A stretch of DNA of 63,140 nucleotides, counting the filler, from Asterionella formosa (Eukaryota): the NCBI GenBank assembly GCA_002256025.1. It is 14 parts of 14 records of this genome, joined end to end, with 100 filler letters (N's around TTAATTAATTAA, not from the genome) between each part and the next. Parts side by side here need not be neighbours in the genome. Positions count along the whole stretch, not along the records: positions 58,782 to 60,168 come from NKIB01002688.1; positions 60,269 to 61,654 come from NKIB01002690.1; positions 61,755 to 63,140 come from NKIB01002691.1; 11 more parts are not named here. One strand, given 5' to 3'. The notes under the pieces were generated by a model. It ran no database searches and was not told where the DNA came from. It saw nothing but the letters and a program-made list of their open reading frames with translations. Below, piece after piece: positions 58,782-63,140 of this stretch (the first letter of the stretch is position 1; each line of letters opens with the position of its first letter). Position numbers and translations under genes: made by a program.

Positions 58782-58935
58782 TTGAAATACTTCACATAAT
58801 TATTTGAAATACTTCACATAATTATTTGAAATACTTCACATAATTATTTGAAATACTTCACATAATTATTTGAAAATACTTCACATAATTATTTGAAATA
58901 CTTCACGTAATTCTGTAATTTCGTTCACATAATTC
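58782..58935. repeat. 22-bp minisatellite TTGAAATACTTCACATAATTAT (5-6 copies, decaying rightward)
   Basis: Near-perfect tandem units from the contig start. Confidence 0.95.
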
Positions 58936-59166
58936 TAGAATAAAGTTCACTTAAGGTTCCTGCATTTGAACCCCTAGCTCGAGGTAGGGTTAAAAAAATA
59001 ATATTAAGTCAGAGTAGTCAAACATGGACTTCTTACGAGTAAAATGTAAATGTATATCGCTAAACGGAGCTTTCACCAATACACACCCTTTCCACATGCT
59101 AAAATACAGTCATTTATCAAAGTAGGGGTATAGGTCAACGCTATATATCGTCAGGATATAGGATCT

Positions 59167-59289
59167 GGCGAGAAACTGCAGAAAGGAACTTCGGTTTTTT
59201 AACTATGCTGAAAATAGTGGATTTTACCGGGCTAACTCGTTTATTTGGCCTAGTAAAAAAACCGAAGTTCCTTTCTGCAGTTTCTCGCC
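59167..59289. repeat. Perfect 34-bp inverted repeat with a 55-nt spacer
   Basis: GGCGAGAAACTGCAGAAAGGAACTTCGGTTTTTT (59167-59200) pairs with 59256-59289. Confidence 0.93.
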
Positions 59290-59676
59290 GAAAGTTAACT
59301 TCTGGGGCTATATGAAGATCACCTATGTACTTAACTCTTCTTCAAACCCTGCCAACGTTGAGCTATCGTCGTCCAAAAATTCGACGATATCGGCCTTTTC
59401 AACGGTCACCAAAACGTCGGAATCAGAATCACTAATCGCCGAAACGTCATCATCGGAATGGTAGTCTTGTGCTAAAATTTGTAGTCGTAAAATCTCGTGT
59501 ACAAAAAGTTCCAATGTAATTGGCCGCTGTATTAATCATATTCTGATTGGTTATCCTTATAACCGATCGATTGGCACGGTTTGCGAGGTCTTGCAATCCA
59601 ACGCCGGCCACACTGGACACACATGAAGCATTTTCTTGGGTGTTGGCCGATCCTACCCGTATACCGGTATCCGTAC

Positions 59677-59782
59677 GGAGTAGGAATACCGAGTACCGGG
59701 TAGACCTATGCGAAAACCATATCTGTCCGGAGTAGGAATACCGAGTACCGGGTAGAGTAGGAATACCGAGTACCGGGTAGAT
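59677..59782. repeat. ~27-bp direct repeat AGTAGGAATACCGAGTACCGGGTAGA, 3 copies
   Basis: Copies at about 59677, 59729 and 59756, followed by TACCGGTACCAGGTACC. Confidence 0.9.
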
Positions 59783-60268
59783 CTACCGGTACCAGGTACC
59801 TGATCATCATTGGTCATAGTACGAGGTAGTGCACGCTTACCAGTACGTTACTACCGTTAGTATGCACATTCAAATAATTTTCGGAGCCGCCGGGTCTTGA
59901 ATGTGAAACATATTTGTTGATACGAGTAGGTGTTACTATCGGTAGAAAAGCAATTTAAAACATTCAGCGATGTAGAATCTATTTGTACATATTTAATGCA
60001 TTTGAAATGGAATCTATACACGTACGCGCAAATTTCCACTCATTTGAATATTTCAAACTGAATCATTGATATTCAAATTAGCACATGAAATTCTTAGTTC
60101 CAGGGAATTTCGGCAACCCTAAGCAATATTTTAATTTTTGCCTAGGGGTTCAAATGCAGGAACCTTAANNNNNNNNNNNNNNNNNNNNNNNNNNNNNNNN
60201 NNNNNNNNNNNNTTAATTAATTAANNNNNNNNNNNNNNNNNNNNNNNNNNNNNNNNNNNNNNNNNNNN

Positions 60269-60389
60269 ATTCGTGGACGTTATAGGCTTGCAGAATCTTG
60301 GATAGCGTTTCTTCTCGTGACCGAATAGCGGCTTCAATGCCAGAGGCTAGGAGGAGGATGTCATCGTCAGGAGGTGATTCAACAGTCAT
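60269..60389 (-). CDS. Possible 5' end of a gene (cut by contig end)
   Basis: MTVESPPDDDILLLASGIEAAIRSREETLSKILQAYNVHE is open to the contig end with host-like GC. Confidence 0.4.
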
Positions 60390-60523
60390 CTTACTGAGGT
60401 TTGATGTTTTTGTGGTCACTATTTTATGAATCACCGCTTTCTATGACGTGTCAATATGTCCGTTTGTCTGACAGTACCTGGTACCTATCTTTCTTATCTA
60501 ATTATCGTTCTTCTATATCAAAC

Positions 60524-61654
60524 TAAGGTTGCGGCCCCGGCTAAACCCTAGTTTGGAGAAAACGTCGCTAGGGTTGCAAAAACGGCATGGAACAGGGAGT
60601 TTCCTACTATGAATTCCCATGATTCGAGTGTCCATTTGAATATTTGAATTAAATAGGAATCGGCGCCAGATTGATAGAGTTCCATTTTAGACAAAGAAAA
60701 ATGATATTTAAACGTTTATACTATATCCTAATTGCTGGATGTTTACATCATTCTGCTTAACGCAAAAACACATCTATAAATCAGGAGTATGCCAACATGT
60801 CCGCTCACCGTTCGAGTTTAGGCCGTTGCTAACCGTTGACCCAAACCAAAACCCACTTTTTTTTGGATTGGTTTTGGTTTTGGTCAACTGACGAAAAAAC
60901 GATGCTATCGGTTTTTGGAAAATCCTAAATGCTGTCAACCACCCATCTACTGTGACGTAGGATGACAAAACCATTATAAAAAAAGTAAAATATTTCTATT
61001 AGACAACCAGTAAAAAACTGCTGTGACCCACTGAACAGGAGAAAAACACGGTTTGACCCTCCCAAATGCAGATTTGTTAAATTTAAAACTTCGACCCTAA
61101 TCTTGAGCATGTACGCTTTAAGGCTATGTCACTAAATATTAGTTTATAGAAATTGGTTTCTCCTAAAATATTGGTTGAAAAGTGCGATCGACGAAAATAT
61201 TGCCAGAACACGGATTACCCCATGTTTTGAGGATTCATTGTTATATGATATACGCAGCTTTATACAAAAATATCGCCTTCGATTTATTTGTTGTATGATT
61301 CCTGTCATATCCTTATCCCTGTTACTTAATAGTGCCTAAGTAACTTGAGCATCATAAACTGGCGCCCTATCACCCATACACTTGAAAGGAAATGAGTACA
61401 TACCAGTATACAATTTTCAGCTCATAATTTGCATCCAATTTATGGCAAAAAAGAAATCGACTGTGCCTTCGGGCAAGGCGGCTCAGTCTATTAGCAGCGC
61501 AAACAAAGCGAGGATGATTGAACATTGCCTATTGAACATTTCTACAAATATGGAAGTGTTGAAAGCGAAAAATAATGGAAAACTACCATATGGCGCAATT
61601 TCTCGTTCTGTGCACGATGTACAAGAACTTGTCCCATGGGAGACTACACAGAAA
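60524..61654 (+). mobile_element. Left end of a DNA transposon related to 58951-60168, with the start of an ORF (61442-61654)
   Basis: TAAGGTT..AACCCTAG..AGGGTTGC..TGGAAC..ATGATTC aligns loosely to the reverse complement of 60040-60168. The ORF MAKKKS..NNGKLPYGAI..VPW may be a transposase N-terminus (tentative). Confidence 0.5.
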
Positions 61655-63140
61655 NNNNNNNNNNNNNNNNNNNNNNNNNNNNNNNNNNNNNNNNNNNNTT
61701 AATTAATTAANNNNNNNNNNNNNNNNNNNNNNNNNNNNNNNNNNNNNNNNNNNNACTGGACAGCATTCGAATTGATTGTGCTTTGAACGAAGCAATGATC
61801 AAAGTCCACCCCATTGCAGAATGGTGAGTCTCACAACTAAGTATCAGCCAGTCGATTAAAATTGTACTGTCTTTTGTGCACCCTCCTCGTTGTGTTTGTA
61901 CTTGACTTGGCAGCTGTCAGCCAAGAGCAGCCAGCCATGGTATGCCACCATCTATAGTCTATACAAGTTTCGAATGCGTTCAGCTATGATAACTTTTGCT
62001 CCCCCCTCCTCAAACCCGATTTTCCTCACATGCTCCACCCATTGACTTCTTCATTGATGAAATCGAGGTAGCTATATTGACAACATCAGGTGGCGCAGGC
62101 TTGTGTATAGATTGATGATGCTGAAAGCAATGCTTCCTTTTCCCGTAGGTACCTATTTGTCACCATTTTTTGGGTCAATCTATTCTTGTTCCCGTAAGAC
62201 CAGAAGCAATTATCACTTTACTTCTCCTCCCAAGAACCTTCATTTCTCTTTCAAAATTGTCCTGATGTTTGGTTGGGGACTCACCTACGCTAACAAAATT
62301 AGGGAAGCACATGTCTTTTCGCAGGTAGCACAATGAAATACTTGCCTTGAAAGAGGGGAGTACGAATGGGCTTTAAAAACATACTATCTTTATCTTTTGC
62401 TTCTTTTTTATATTGTACTCGCTAGAGTTATCGCTGTAGACTATTTGTAGCCGCTCCGAAAAGGAGAAGGCCATTGTGGCATATTTCACTTTCGACTCAC
62501 TACGGTGACATGCAATCCAATAACTGCTGGCGATGAAGCTGTGTACCAGGTAAACATCACGGGTGTTGCTGATCAACAAAGCCATGACAATGATGAAAGA
62601 CAAATTTGAACAGTTAAACATTGATTTATAATTCAATAATTGGTTTTGGAGAATGTAATCTCATGTAGATTATGCTATATCGTAGAATGGCGCATCTGTT
62701 TGAAAGCGTCGCGTCTTGATGCGAGAAAGAGGGATCAAGAATTCATTGATACTGTTGAGCGCCATTGTAAGTTTTCCGATTTTTCATATTTGACTATATC
62801 TAAACAAATATACAAGCTAGTACAATGAAATTTGTTTCATATTATACTAGTGAACAATCTATTCTACGCAAAGGACTAATAATAACATAGCTTCATGTTA
62901 AAAAATCAACAATTTTCATTTGTTTCAATGGTTGTAATGATAATGCCGGCAAAGAATAATTTTTTTTCAGTCAGATAATAATTATACACCGGTAAGATTC
63001 TGCCATCAGTGCATTCATATTCATATTCCGTACATTCTTTGGGCGCTCACTATAGGCAAGACCGACTTTTGTTTGTTCATCATCACGCACCACCGTGATT
63101 TCTAGTAGTAAACTAAACTGATTGCTCGTATCAATCATGC

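Larger units (their letters stand above)
58951..60168. mobile_element. Non-autonomous TIR DNA transposon (~1.2 kb)
   Basis: Perfect 27-bp inverted ends TTAAGGTTCCTGCATTTGAACCCCTAG (58951-58977 and 60142-60168). The outer TA or TTAA may be the TSD. No transposase ORF. Confidence 0.88.

Noticed and set aside
59677..59782. Repeat-spacer-repeat pattern as a mini-CRISPR
   Set aside because: Only one spacer; the third copy abuts the second, and it lies inside a TIR element.
61755..63140. Possible degenerate coding sequence on the minus strand
   Set aside because: The minus-strand frames I translated contain stops and no family motif could be recognised.

Overview
Eukaryotic nuclear DNA, most likely a diatom: short GT-AG introns, bipartite plastid-targeting N-termini, a PGRL1 fragment and CoDi-type copia sequence all point that way. 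The window is not one locus. Thirteen artificial 100-nt linkers (N44-TTAATTAATTAA-N44) join two gene-bearing scaffolds (1-22601 and 25681-48256) and twelve unlinked contigs of about 1.39 kb, so adjacency across a linker carries no information. Scaffold 1 holds Sec31, TMEM53-like, an ANTH protein, a hypothetical, a Sel1-repeat protein, a plastid PPR protein, a deleted Ty3/Gypsy element with both LTRs and a 5-bp TSD, and an EGLN-like 2OG-Fe(II) oxygenase. Scaffold 2 holds a PDK/BCKDK kinase, Mic60, separase, a probable plastid protein, hAT and other TE remnants, and glutamate decarboxylase. The small contigs are mostly repeats: copia gag and integrase, a LINE RT, TIR elements, a Crinkler-type pseudogene and two copies of a repeat carrying a PGRL1 exon. 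The most interesting signals are: (1) a GTACCAG/TACCGGTA motif family that recurs just upstream of most gene starts and is also the exact Gypsy insertion site; (2) a PGRL1 exon, absent from the ORF track, inside a multi-copy repeat; (3) a candidate calmodulin-binding tail on GAD; (4) extra domains in Sec31 (WW) and separase (SAP-like); (5) a Crinkler-like locus. All family assignments come from reading motifs by eye; no searches were run.
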